This document shows positions 27,733 to 37,628 of a stretch of 64,000 nt of DNA, piece by piece. Position 1 is the stretch's first letter. Each line of letters opens with the position of its first letter. The DNA lies in the NCBI GenBank assembly GCA_965204725.1, contig OZ242005.1, positions 5,248,001 through 5,312,000 of the forward strand, given 5' to 3'. The notes under the pieces are model-generated. The model searched no databases and was not told where the DNA came from. It worked only from the letters and a program-made list of their open reading frames with translations. The translations under genes and the position numbers were made by a program. This DNA comes from Candidatus Latescibacterota bacterium. Its GTDB lineage: Bacteria; Latescibacterota; UBA2968; UBA8231.

Positions 27733-30700
27733 AGCGCACCAACCACCCGTCCCAAAACGGACTCAACTTGGTACGCCCCGTCCCTTTTTTCCAAGCATCC
27801 CAAGCGGTACAAAAGCTCCACCGCCGCCTTGCAGTCCTCCAGCGAGAGCGGCGGGTCGCCTTTAACAAACTCGACCAGATCCGCTAAGTCCTCTTCGGCG
27901 ACCTTCGATTTGTACTCCACCAACGTCTGTAAGACTCGGAAAGGCTCCTCCTCCTCTAAAGAAGAGAAGCCAATCTGCTGTACCAACTTGAAGCCTAACT
28001 CCGACTTAGGAAGGTCCATCTCCTCGCCGAGCGTTTTCACGCAATCCCTAGGGTCGTTGTGGTCGCCGCACCGGCGCAAAAGTTCGTCTAGCAACAAAGA
28101 CCATCCCCCGGTCGCTTGCAGGACCGCCCCGCAACACTCGGGCAAATCCAGTTTCCCCGCTTGGTCCAACCGCTGCCGAATTCCCTCTTCATCCCAGCGT
28201 CGCAGAAAAATCAGGTCCACTTGGTCTTCCAAAGCGGTGCATTTAGGAGACTTCAGCCAAGCCCAAGAAGTGGCCGGCTCAAAAAGAAAAACCACCTGTC
28301 GAGGCCGTTGGCGTTTTTTGTTGTGGCTATTCAGGACGAGCCAAACAAATTGGGCCATATTGCCCCCAGTGCCGCGGACCAGACGATAGAACAACGGCTG
28401 CTGTCTGCGGGCGGACGCATCCAACCACGCGACATCCTGATTCGGCCATTCCATGCCACCCATGCGCTTTAAGGCTTGTTTTAATACCTCCAGCCCTAGG
28501 GCTTGGGAGCCAAAAATTAGGCTCACCCCCGATTGTTCGGCTTGCAGCAAACGGCCTTCCTGCACCAGCGTCAAGGGGCTGTACAGGCGTTTTGAGGCAT
28601 TCAATAATATATGCTGGCTATGGGGTATCGATTGGAGCGGCTGAAATGTATCGAGCTCCAGCAGGCGGTTCTCGATGTCCTCTTCAGTGCCCATCAGGCG
28701 GACCAAATTGGGGCTACGCAGCGAGTACTTGTTTTCTGAGTTGCACAACAAGATGCCTAAGCCGACCATTTCGCCGAGCAACCCCCGCAGGGCTTCGAGG
28801 TCAAGGTCGTTGAAGCCTTGCGGGCACCACTCTCGGGCCAATTTTTGCAGCTCGGCCACGCTAAACGACCGAGTATAGCTGTCCGGGGTCTCTTTTTGTT
28901 CGTGAATCATGGCCCAAGCAATGCACTGATAGCGGGAATCGAGCGCGAGCGTCCAATCGAGCCGTTCGCGGATGACCTCCCGCGTTTGCGGCAAGCGATA
29001 TACCGCATCTACATCGTCGAGTTGCACTTTATAGGGAGGGCTGTGCATTTGGTTTTGGGCTTGGAGGCGATGCAGCAGTTCTCGACAGAAATACTGAATC
29101 AAGCCCGGATGGTAGTTGGTGTACGACAGGACTTTGAGCACCGTAGTTTCGTCGGCAAAGCGATAGCCCAACGTCTTCAGGGGCTCGCGCACCAACTCCC
29201 GAGCCGGACGAGCTTCGAGGGGGCCGACCAGTAGGTTGTGGCCGAAATGGGCGAGGGGCTGATTGGCGATGTTCTTGAACCGCTGGACATCGTGCAGCCC
29301 GGCAAACACCACTCTGAAGCGCGACTTCGTGTCTTGGATCAAGGTTCGCAAGCGGTCGACTTCTGGGAAACCCTTTTTGGCATCGGCGTCGAGAAAGCGA
29401 TCGGCTTCGTCGAACAAGACCAGAACCTGCCGCTGCGGCGACTCCGCCATCGATCGCTCAATGCGTTTGATGATGTTGTCGGGTTGGTTCGCCGTTACGC
29501 TGCTTTTTATGAGTTGGTGTTTCTTAAAGCCCTCGCGCAACTTGCTCCACAACGAAGCGGGCTGTTCGCCTGTAAGGGGATCGCCCACCAGCTTGATGTC
29601 CTCGACCCAAGCGAATTGATCGCGGTCGGGCTGGTGAAATTCGCGCTCTACTTGGCGCAGCAAGGCGGACTTGCCCAACTGACGCCCGCCGAATGCGATC
29701 GCACCGCCCGCGCTTTGCAACTGCCGCACCATATCGCCGCGGCCATAGAACATCTCGGGCGGGACATTGCCCGCTTGGAACGGCGTGTAGGGATTGAGGG
29801 CCGCGTAGGGCAGGCTACAGCGCAGGAAGGCGGGAAGGCGCGTGTCGTCGAATCGGGCCAAAAATACCAGCAGGACTTCGTCGAGCACCACCAAAGCCAA
29901 GCCGCGTTCCCGCGCTCGCCGAGCTAAAGAGTCCCGGCGGTGCGAGGTCAAGCGTCCGAGGAAAAAAATCAGCACGGTCTTGGTATCCAGCCCCAGATCG
30001 CGCAAGAAAGCTCCGACCGTGTCGGCACCGGGCCGTTCCCACAAACATACCACGTTATACCGGCCATGCGCTTGCGAACCCAACTGCGGAATCGGTCGGG
30101 CCAAGTCGCCCGCCGAGGCTTCCACCGCGCAATAGACCCCATCTTGGCCCTGCTCTTCGACCCGGACCGCTGCCTCTCCTGCCGATACGTGAAAACCCAA
30201 GAACTCCAACAGGACCCGGACGGGCCGGTGGATTTCTTTGTCTCGTTCCGGTTGGCGTTTGAGCCGGTGCCAAACGCGCAGGGCTGCGACGGCCTCGTCT
30301 CGACGCACTCGCGGCAATTCGCCAAACTGTACGCCAGCCCAAGTTTGGCCTTGCTCGATCAACTCGGACAGTTGATCAACCCCCTTGTCGCTAAGCCCGG
30401 ATTCGATGCCGCGACAAGCGTCTTGAAACTCCTCAAAGACATCGCGCGTGTCGGTGGGGGTAAACCACTCGCTCTTCCATTCGCTTTCGCCTTGGGCAAC
30501 TCCCCGCAAGAGGGCCAAACTCTCTTCCACGACCCGGGTATCGCACTGCCGGATCGCCCGGCGAATAAAGGTGTTGGTGGCTTCGAGCCGCTCGGGTGGG
30601 ATGCGCTGCGCTAGGCCGCGCCGCATTTTTCGCCATTGCGCCGCTAACTCTTGTAGGCGGTCGTTGAGCTTTGCTGTCAAATCCCGTTCAATGTTCTCTA

Positions 30701-32873
30701 ATCGCTGGAATAGCGGTTGGATGTGGATGGAATTTTCAGCATCGGGCAATTCGGCATTGAGGCGGTCGCGTTCTTCTTCGGAAAGCAGGCCATCCACGAT
30801 TCCCTGCTCAATGGCCCCTTGCACTTTGGCGACTTGATCCGCGAGCGCTGCTTGGGCCCCTTTGAGATCTTCGTCGAGCCGATTTTCATATTCTCGGCGG
30901 GCCTCATCGCCCTCCAATGCCTCCAACGCATTCAGCGATGCGTCGGTGAAGCGAAAATCCAAGCCTTCAACTCGCAGCGTACAGGCCGCGCGCAGGGAGC
31001 GTTCCTCGGCTAGCGATTGGCACAACGCCTTCGCAATATCGGCTTCGCGGTCCGCTGCGGGATGGCCCTCGTTGGTCAGGGAGGCTTCGGGGATCCACAA
31101 CAAGCGGTGGGCCAAAGCTCCCTCTAGAGAATCGCTTTCCCGCTTCATCCATGCGTCGCCCTCAACATCGGGTTGTTCCTCTATGCCTAGCATCCCTAGT
31201 ACTTGGCCTACGGCCTGGTGCAAGACGCGACCCAAAGCGGCTTCTTCTTGGCGTGGGTCGGCCTGCATGCGGTCGAGTTCAGCCCGGACTCCGGGCAAGG
31301 CCCCCCGGACGCGATCGAGCAGGTCGTTCACGTGCTCGGACCACCAATTTCCCTTGCTGTCGAGGGCCTGCTGCTGCTCAATGAGGGAACACCAGCGGCC
31401 GGCCAGCCCCACGGCCTCTTCGACGCTGCGAACCAACTGATCAATGGGCCGGCCCATGATGGGTTTCGGGCGGCTATGTCCCAACTCTTGGTCCATCTGG
31501 TGGATCAGGGCTACAATCTGCCTGCGCTCCTTAAAATCGCGCATGTGCTGCCGGACCCGATTGACTTCGGCGGCCTTGTTTTCGATTACCGGCGTGAGTA
31601 GGAGGTGTAACGCCCCGTTCTGGCTCACCAAGTGGTGCAACACGCGGGTTGCCCCCTTAAACTTCAACCGGCTGTCCTTATTGGTCGCCAAGAAGCGACG
31701 GGCCTGCCCAACGGTATTTTCAATGATCTCTTTGTGGTTTTTCTCTCCTGTTACTTCCTGCAGATCAGCGTCCTGCAAAGCATGGCCCGCCGCTGCAAAG
31801 GTGCGGACCGCATCGGCTAGCCCACCCAGCGCGGGATTGATTTCATCCCTTTGCGGGAGCCAGCCGATCAAACCCGTGGTCTGCGGGGCAATCAAGCTGG
31901 GGCGCAGGGCCGCGGATAAGCCCAGCCACTGCTCGAAAGGGGTGTTTTGGGGCGCCCACTCTGAGGCAATTTCCAAAACATCTAGGACGAACTTATCGGT
32001 ATCGTTTTCCAACCAGCGCGAGCCTTGAAGAACGGCAAGCAGTTGGGGGGCAACGGGTATGTCGCGGCCTGCTGCTTGCAAAGAGCGAGCCAGCCAGTAC
32101 GCCCCGGCCCAATCCCCGGCGGCCAAGAGGCTCCACCCTAACGATACCCAGTTTTCATCGCCATCCTCTCCTTGCAACAAGGTCGCGGTCACCTCCCGGA
32201 CCGAGCGCAAAGGCCGCGGCTTTGCAGCGGCGGGCGGGGGCGTAGGCTTGCGTTCTTCTCGCGAGACTTTTTCCTCGGGGACTACCTCTTTGGCTGGGGT
32301 GACGGCTTCTGTGGAATCAGGGGCATCACTAGAGGGACTAGGCGGTTCTGCGGGCGGTTGGCCATCCTCATCCTGTGGGGGCGTTGGGGCCGGCACGGAA
32401 AAGCCTCGGTTGAGTTGGTCCAACCCAGCGCTAATCCGATCTTCCACGGCCTCCATATCCGCCCGGTGCTGGCGGGCTTCTTGGACGTTTTGGGGGACCT
32501 GCTGGTCTAAGGTGCGGCGTTGGGCCAAGTGCTCCAGCAAGACTCTCACCCGGTCCGTCTGTTCGGGGACTTGCTCAATGGGGCAATGGTTCGCTTGCCA
32601 GTGGGCTAGGTCTGAATCGCTGAAATTGAAAAACGCGAGATCGCTCTCGTGGTTTTCCCGCAGTTGCGTCAGTTCCTGTTGGAGCCGCTGGACCCGCCCC
32701 GCCTCGTCCCGTTCTTGGTGCTTCTGCGAAGCCACCTGCTGGACTTGGTCTATAAACTCTTGGATTACTTCCCATTCTGACGCCTCGGCCGGCCATTGGC
32801 GCATCTCTTCAATTAGACTAGCCCACTGAGTTTTCTGAAAGAGTTCCGGGGCTCGCGCTTTTTCAGCGGGCAT
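27729..32873 (-). CDS. 1714-aa STAND-class NTPase (coiled coil, Pro linker, helical region, NTPase, wHTH, second degenerate NTPase)
   Basis: NPY...FYGR, Walker A GGRQLGKS, Walker B VLVLFDEAD, sensor FAG, GxP-like NYHPGLIQ; later IFGSQALG and ATGGWSLLL as decayed second module. Confidence 0.8.
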   Translation of the reverse strand: MPAEKARAPELFQKTQWASLIEEMRQWPAEASEWEVIQEFIDQVQQVASQKHQERDEAGRVQRLQQELTQLRENHESDLAFFNFSDSDLAHWQANHCPIEQVPEQTDRVRVLLEHLAQRRTLDQQVPQNVQEARQHRADMEAVEDRISAGLDQLNRGFSVPAPTPPQDEDGQPPAEPPSPSSDAPDSTEAVTPAKEVVPEEKVSREERKPTPPPAAAKPRPLRSVREVTATLLQGEDGDENWVSLGWSLLAAGDWAGAYWLARSLQAAGRDIPVAPQLLAVLQGSRWLENDTDKFVLDVLEIASEWAPQNTPFEQWLGLSAALRPSLIAPQTTGLIGWLPQRDEINPALGGLADAVRTFAAAGHALQDADLQEVTGEKNHKEIIENTVGQARRFLATNKDSRLKFKGATRVLHHLVSQNGALHLLLTPVIENKAAEVNRVRQHMRDFKERRQIVALIHQMDQELGHSRPKPIMGRPIDQLVRSVEEAVGLAGRWCSLIEQQQALDSKGNWWSEHVNDLLDRVRGALPGVRAELDRMQADPRQEEAALGRVLHQAVGQVLGMLGIEEQPDVEGDAWMKRESDSLEGALAHRLLWIPEASLTNEGHPAADREADIAKALCQSLAEERSLRAACTLRVEGLDFRFTDASLNALEALEGDEARREYENRLDEDLKGAQAALADQVAKVQGAIEQGIVDGLLSEEERDRLNAELPDAENSIHIQPLFQRLENIERDLTAKLNDRLQELAAQWRKMRRGLAQRIPPERLEATNTFIRRAIRQCDTRVVEESLALLRGVAQGESEWKSEWFTPTDTRDVFEEFQDACRGIESGLSDKGVDQLSELIEQGQTWAGVQFGELPRVRRDEAVAALRVWHRLKRQPERDKEIHRPVRVLLEFLGFHVSAGEAAVRVEEQGQDGVYCAVEASAGDLARPIPQLGSQAHGRYNVVCLWERPGADTVGAFLRDLGLDTKTVLIFFLGRLTSHRRDSLARRARERGLALVVLDEVLLVFLARFDDTRLPAFLRCSLPYAALNPYTPFQAGNVPPEMFYGRGDMVRQLQSAGGAIAFGGRQLGKSALLRQVEREFHQPDRDQFAWVEDIKLVGDPLTGEQPASLWSKLREGFKKHQLIKSSVTANQPDNIIKRIERSMAESPQRQVLVLFDEADRFLDADAKKGFPEVDRLRTLIQDTKSRFRVVFAGLHDVQRFKNIANQPLAHFGHNLLVGPLEARPARELVREPLKTLGYRFADETTVLKVLSYTNYHPGLIQYFCRELLHRLQAQNQMHSPPYKVQLDDVDAVYRLPQTREVIRERLDWTLALDSRYQCIAWAMIHEQKETPDSYTRSFSVAELQKLAREWCPQGFNDLDLEALRGLLGEMVGLGILLCNSENKYSLRSPNLVRLMGTEEDIENRLLELDTFQPLQSIPHSQHILLNASKRLYSPLTLVQEGRLLQAEQSGVSLIFGSQALGLEVLKQALKRMGGMEWPNQDVAWLDASARRQQPLFYRLVRGTGGNMAQFVWLVLNSHNKKRQRPRQVVFLFEPATSWAWLKSPKCTALEDQVDLIFLRRWDEEGIRQRLDQAGKLDLPECCGAVLQATGGWSLLLDELLRRCGDHNDPRDCVKTLGEEMDLPKSELGFKLVQQIGFSSLEEEEPFRVLQTLVEYKSKVAEEDLADLVEFVKGDPPLSLEDCKAAVELLYRLGCLEKRDGAYQVESVLGRVVGAL

Positions 32874-32885
32874 ATCGCATCCTCG

Positions 32886-32915
32886 ATTCTAGGTCGTTGG
32901 GTTTACACCTGTAAA
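32886..32915 (-). promoter_or_regulatory. Candidate sigma70 promoter with palindromic operator upstream of the STAND gene
   Basis: Minus strand TTTACA-18 nt-TAGAAT; perfect inverted repeat TTTACA-CC-TGTAAA at 32902-32915 covers the -35. Confidence 0.45.
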
Positions 32916-32969
32916 GAAGGACGCCACCTATCCTAGGTCAAACGTTCCACCGCGTCCGCGTCGCTCGCG

Positions 32970-33983
32970 CTATTCGGCGGGCGGGCGCAAGTACTTGGTC
33001 TCCAACTCGCCCATAATCTGCGCGGTGATGGCCCGGACTTCGTCCGCAAAGGTATCGACGTTGTCCTGGGTCACCAGCACCGTGCCCGAGTTGACGAAGT
33101 AGTGCTCGGGGTTGGCTTGCCAGCCGTCGAGCAGGTAGCGCAAGAGGGCGCACGTGATGTAACCGTGGCCGTAGGGGTTTTGCGACAGGGTCGCGTCGAT
33201 GGCCCCTTGGCGGACCGCGTCGAGTACCACCGAGTCCGTGTCGATGCCGACGAAGTGGATGCGCTTGTTGCCCGGGGTCTGGTTCCATTCGGATAGGATC
33301 GTCGCCGCGGCCACGGTCGGGGTGTACCCCGTGCAAATCACGCCGTCGATCTCCTCGATCCGCGCCGAGAGCGCGTCTTGGATTTTGGCCGTGCTGGTCT
33401 CAATCGACTCCATGCCGGCGATCTCTTGGACGATCTGGACCGCGGGGTATTTGGCCACCGCCGCTTCGACGCCTTCCTTGCGCAGGATGGTGTTGGGATC
33501 TTCGACCAACTCTAGCACGTTGAGGATCTGGCCCTCGCCGCCCATAAAGCCGATCAGGGCCTCGGTCGCCTCCATCGCCGCCTGCCGGACGTCGGTCGCC
33601 ACGCAAAACGAAGCCGGCGTCGGCAGCGTCGTCGGCGCGCCATAGCTGACGACGTAGGCCCCGTTTTGCACCAATTCCTCGTAGAGTCCGTTGGCCGCGC
33701 TGGCGTCGGCCGGATAAAGCGAGAAGCCCTTGTAGCCCTGAGCCGCCAGCGGCTCGACGTTGGCGTTTTCATTGTCTTGGGTCCAGTTTTGGCCGATCTG
33801 ACGCTTGATCTTGATCCCGGTGTCGCGCTCGTAGCCGATCACCCCTTTTTGCACCTCTTCGACGTAGGGATGGACCATCAAGGCGTACCAGACGATTTTT
33901 TTCTCCGAGGGCGCGTCGGCCGATTGGCCGGACCCGCCGCACCCCGCGACGACGAGCGCGGCGAAAGTTAGTAGTAAGCGCAT
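32970..33983 (-). CDS. Sugar ABC substrate-binding lipoprotein (RbsB/periplasmic binding protein type 1)
   Basis: Lipobox VAGC, HPY, VGID, SQNPY.HGY, VTQDNVD; AGGAG RBS. Confidence 0.9.
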   Translation of the reverse strand: MRLLLTFAALVVAGCGGSGQSADAPSEKKIVWYALMVHPYVEEVQKGVIGYERDTGIKIKRQIGQNWTQDNENANVEPLAAQGYKGFSLYPADASAANGLYEELVQNGAYVVSYGAPTTLPTPASFCVATDVRQAAMEATEALIGFMGGEGQILNVLELVEDPNTILRKEGVEAAVAKYPAVQIVQEIAGMESIETSTAKIQDALSARIEEIDGVICTGYTPTVAAATILSEWNQTPGNKRIHFVGIDTDSVVLDAVRQGAIDATLSQNPYGHGYITCALLRYLLDGWQANPEHYFVNSGTVLVTQDNVDTFADEVRAITAQIMGELETKYLRPPAE

Positions 33984-34087
33984 GTAAGCGGTCTCCTCTT
34001 GAGTTTTTCAATAATAACCATCCCCGCGCCCCTTGAGCCAATCTCCGCTTTGGCCTACTTTGCCGTCCAACCCAAAAGGAGCCTATC

Positions 34088-34972
34088 ATGTATTGGATTG
34101 CGACTGTCGGCGTTTTGTTGCTGGCCCTGCCCGCCCTCGCCCACTACCCCGAAGACACCACCTTCAAGGTCTTCCAATTCCCCGACGACCACGTCCCGCA
34201 GATGAACGGCGATGCGGCCGACTGGGCCAAAGTGCCCGCCGAGTATTTCTACGACTACACCCAATACGCGGAACTCCACCGCGAGCGCGGCGCGCCCGAC
34301 ACCACGGATTTTCACGTGCGCCGCTCGGCTGTCGGCTGGAACAAAACCCACAATCGCCTGTACTTCATGGCCGAGGTGTACGACGATATCTGGCGGTTTC
34401 ACAAGGACATCACCGACTCGCTCGACACCCCCCATAGCCGCCTGACTGGGGCCCACGTCCACGGCGCAGATATTTGGGAAATCGTCATTGACGCCGATCA
34501 CGGCGGCGATAAGGTCATCCACTTCGCCGACTCAGCAGAAGCACCGCACGTGGAATTGCGCCACCGCAGCGCGTACACCCAAAACTACCACCTCTACATC
34601 CCGCCGCTCAACGGCCAGTACTGGCACTGGCTGTGGGGCAAGGCGCTGTGGACCAAGGAGGAACGCTATTCAGCGGTGGGATGGCAGGGCGCGGTCGAGC
34701 ACTTGTCGGCGGGCACCGTCACCTACGAATGCTACTTAACGCCCTTCGACGACCTGCACCCGGAAGGACCGCATCTGAGCCGCCGACACGCGCTGCAAGA
34801 AGGCGCGATCATCGGCCTCGGCTGGTCCTTTCTCGACGCGGACACCAAAGAAGACGACTTTGACGGCTTTTGGGCACTGACGCAACACCCGAAAATGTAT
34901 TGCAGCGGAGAATTTATCGGCGACTTCGAGCTAATGCCGCTCGAGGAAGGGTTGTTTGGCGACAGGGAATAA
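34088..34972 (+). CDS. Secreted CBM9/DOMON-like protein
   Basis: Signal peptide ending ALA then His; PQMNGD..DW, GWN...NRLYF...VYDD, D.WEIVIDADH.G; paralogue of 43537..44505. Confidence 0.55.
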   Translation: MYWIATVGVLLLALPALAHYPEDTTFKVFQFPDDHVPQMNGDAADWAKVPAEYFYDYTQYAELHRERGAPDTTDFHVRRSAVGWNKTHNRLYFMAEVYDDIWRFHKDITDSLDTPHSRLTGAHVHGADIWEIVIDADHGGDKVIHFADSAEAPHVELRHRSAYTQNYHLYIPPLNGQYWHWLWGKALWTKEERYSAVGWQGAVEHLSAGTVTYECYLTPFDDLHPEGPHLSRRHALQEGAIIGLGWSFLDADTKEDDFDGFWALTQHPKMYCSGEFIGDFELMPLEEGLFGDRE

Positions 34973-34976
34973 GTGC

Positions 34977-37550
34977 TCAGTACGCGACCGAGATCGTCCT
35001 GAGTACATGGGCATCTTTGACCTGCGCTCCCTCAATGTCGGTATCCACGCTTAGCTGCACCACATACAGCCCCGGCGGCACCACGCGCCCGCCGTCGTCC
35101 CGGCCATCCCACTCAATCTCATAGGGGCCGGTGCTAAAGGGGCGCGCTTGCGCGAGACGCCATATTAGGCGGCCTCCCAAATCGTAGATCTCGGCCGCTA
35201 CCGGGCTATCGTCGCCGACCCGCACGACATTGAAGGCAAAGACCGTGCGGTCGTTGATCCCGTCGCCGTTGGGCGAAAAGGCCGCTGGCCGCACCGCCAC
35301 ATCCATGAGCAGGGCGTTCTGCTCCACAGCCGCGACAATCGTCGTGGTGTTGCCGATGACCTGCGGGAGGGCCTCCCCGGGGTCAATCCGCTGCCAAGCA
35401 CCGCCATCTGCGCCGCTATTGCGTAGGGCGGCCTGCAACACCGCGCCGGTGACGAAAAGCGCCGTCTCAAAATCCAGCCTCAGCACTTCGGTCGAGCCAT
35501 TGGGCTGGATCGCATCAAAGCGCACGTGCAGGGAGTCGCGGCCCGTAGGCAGGACCTCGACCCCGGGCAGCGCGTTGGGCACCGTCTCGCCGTCGAAATC
35601 CGCCACTTGACCACCGTACAGGCCCACCATGGCTAGCTCCATGTTCGACGGCGCCAACAACAACAACTCGTCAAAACCCGAATCGCGGCGGTCAAACTCC
35701 GGCCGCACGTACAGGGAAAACGGCCGCTGTACCCCGAGTTCTTCTACCTCGAATGGGCCGATCTCGCCCAACAGACGCTGCGCCACGGGATTGGCGAAAT
35801 TGAGATGGACCGAGCGCAGCGTTGGGCTGAGCTCCGGGTCTTCCGACAGCAAGGTCGCCTGCACCGTGAGGAACTCCCGCGGCGATGGCGAGGAAATCGG
35901 GCTGCCGGCCGGATTCTCATAAGGCGCGCTCCAATTGCCCCAATCGCTGCCGGGCACTTGCTCGGCGACGATGTCGCCCCGGAACAGGGACAGCAGTTTG
36001 TTGTATTCGCTCTCGGTCACTTCGGTGCCGTCGTTTTTGAAATAGTGTAGTATCTCGCCCAATTCACTGCCCGTGCGCGTCTGAATCTGCACTTGGGTTC
36101 CGGGGGGCGTGTCGGCATCCCACTCAATCGACAACAGGTTGCGGCTGCCGCCCAAGCGAATGAGGTCGGACCGTAGCGAAACCTCCGGTTGGAAGCCTTC
36201 GCCGTAGAATTGCAACTCGGCTATATCGGCCGTGCGGGCACCAATGGCATTCAAGGTCCACTGAAAGCGGCCAAACCGCGCCTTGATCGGCTCGAACTCC
36301 TCGCCTTCAAACCGCGAGGTGGGGCGCGACCCCAGCGACGCCTTGGTGGTCCATTGGAGGCTGCCGTCGGGCGCGAGGGTGCCGTCGGAAAAATCCATTC
36401 GGTAGCTGGGGAACAAACCGCCGTTGTAAACCAAGCGGAAGGTATCGACCCAATAAAACGAACCCAGGTCGAAGACCAGCTCCAGCTCGGGATCTGCCAC
36501 CGCCGAGGAGACCCCGTAAAAGATGCGATTGAAGGTCGCCAAGTCGCCATCGACGAACTTGGTCAGGGCCAGCGGCTGCTTTGCATTGGTCGAGATGACG
36601 CCGCCGCGCGCGAGGATGCCGGCGGTTAGCTCGTCCCCTTCGTTCCAGACCTCCAGCTCGGCCAAGCGGGGCAATTCCCGGCGAAAATAGCGGACGCTGC
36701 CCCGGCGGTCCGCGTCCAATATGTCGTACAGGTCTGAGTCAACGGGCACCTCGCGGCCATCGGGCTGGCGCTTGAAGTACTGAATTGCCCCGCGCGTCTC
36801 TTCGCTGAGGGCGTCGTATTCAGCGGCCGATACTTCCGTGCCGAGCATCCCGTCGGTATCTGTGACCAAAATTTGCACAAAGCGCACGGCCGCGGCCTCG
36901 ACATTGGGCTGTTCGTTGGTCAGATCGACCGTAAAGACCCGCTGGCTCTTGTTTTCGCTCAAGGTCCGCAACACGGTCTTAAAGGCCGGGTTTTCGCTGT
37001 TTTGCAAGCGCGCTGGCTTGAGTCCATCGGAGATGAGCACCTCAAACAAGAGAAAGGGATCGCCCATACCCTCCTCGACGAAGCGCACCACGAGTTCTTG
37101 GGCAAAAACCACGCGGCCCAAGTCGATCACAAACCACCACTGCGAAGCCAAGTCGCGGTCGCCGGCCGGCGGATCGGGCTGCCAATAGGTGGCGAGGTCG
37201 CCGTCGAGCAGGTTGACCACATCGGCGACATTGGAGCCGCCCTTGACAGCGTCGGAGAGGACGATCTCAGCCGGCTCTTTGCCGCCGAGGGACGCCGGCG
37301 GATTAAAGCGCAGATAATCGACAATGTCGAACACGGCGTTGGTATTCTTTTGAATGCGCCGAGAGCGCACTTCTCCGTCTGGAGAAATCGTCAAGGTCCC
37401 CGGGGCAAATTCCCAGTTTTGCCAATGGTTGCGGCCATTGATTACGACCTGATTGCCGCCGACCCGGTGGCCGGCCGACTGGGCGCACACGGCGACCCCG
37501 GCCAATGAGACCGCTAGCCCCATGCAAAGGGCGCGTCCTAAGATAGTCAT
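34977..37550 (-). CDS. Secreted protein, two discoidin/F5-8-like domains plus C-terminal FlgD-Ig/CTD domain
   Basis: Signal peptide; LLDGDLATYW, IDLG, AELEVW / FDLG, AELQFYG; FSPNGDGIND...IYDLGG...WDGRD..G..VPPGLY; ends SVAY. Confidence 0.7.
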   Translation of the reverse strand: MTILGRALCMGLAVSLAGVAVCAQSAGHRVGGNQVVINGRNHWQNWEFAPGTLTISPDGEVRSRRIQKNTNAVFDIVDYLRFNPPASLGGKEPAEIVLSDAVKGGSNVADVVNLLDGDLATYWQPDPPAGDRDLASQWWFVIDLGRVVFAQELVVRFVEEGMGDPFLLFEVLISDGLKPARLQNSENPAFKTVLRTLSENKSQRVFTVDLTNEQPNVEAAAVRFVQILVTDTDGMLGTEVSAAEYDALSEETRGAIQYFKRQPDGREVPVDSDLYDILDADRRGSVRYFRRELPRLAELEVWNEGDELTAGILARGGVISTNAKQPLALTKFVDGDLATFNRIFYGVSSAVADPELELVFDLGSFYWVDTFRLVYNGGLFPSYRMDFSDGTLAPDGSLQWTTKASLGSRPTSRFEGEEFEPIKARFGRFQWTLNAIGARTADIAELQFYGEGFQPEVSLRSDLIRLGGSRNLLSIEWDADTPPGTQVQIQTRTGSELGEILHYFKNDGTEVTESEYNKLLSLFRGDIVAEQVPGSDWGNWSAPYENPAGSPISSPSPREFLTVQATLLSEDPELSPTLRSVHLNFANPVAQRLLGEIGPFEVEELGVQRPFSLYVRPEFDRRDSGFDELLLLAPSNMELAMVGLYGGQVADFDGETVPNALPGVEVLPTGRDSLHVRFDAIQPNGSTEVLRLDFETALFVTGAVLQAALRNSGADGGAWQRIDPGEALPQVIGNTTTIVAAVEQNALLMDVAVRPAAFSPNGDGINDRTVFAFNVVRVGDDSPVAAEIYDLGGRLIWRLAQARPFSTGPYEIEWDGRDDGGRVVPPGLYVVQLSVDTDIEGAQVKDAHVLRTISVAY

Positions 37551-37628
37551 AGCGTTTCCCGTTGTGTTCTAAGGTGTTTTAACTCGTTCAGGGTACGGAA
37601 ATTGCATATCGTCCGCCAATCATTCCCG

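Noticed and set aside
26437-32960. Prophage or IS as carrier of the STAND cassette
   Set aside because: No integrase, transposase, terminal inverted repeats or target-site duplication recognised.
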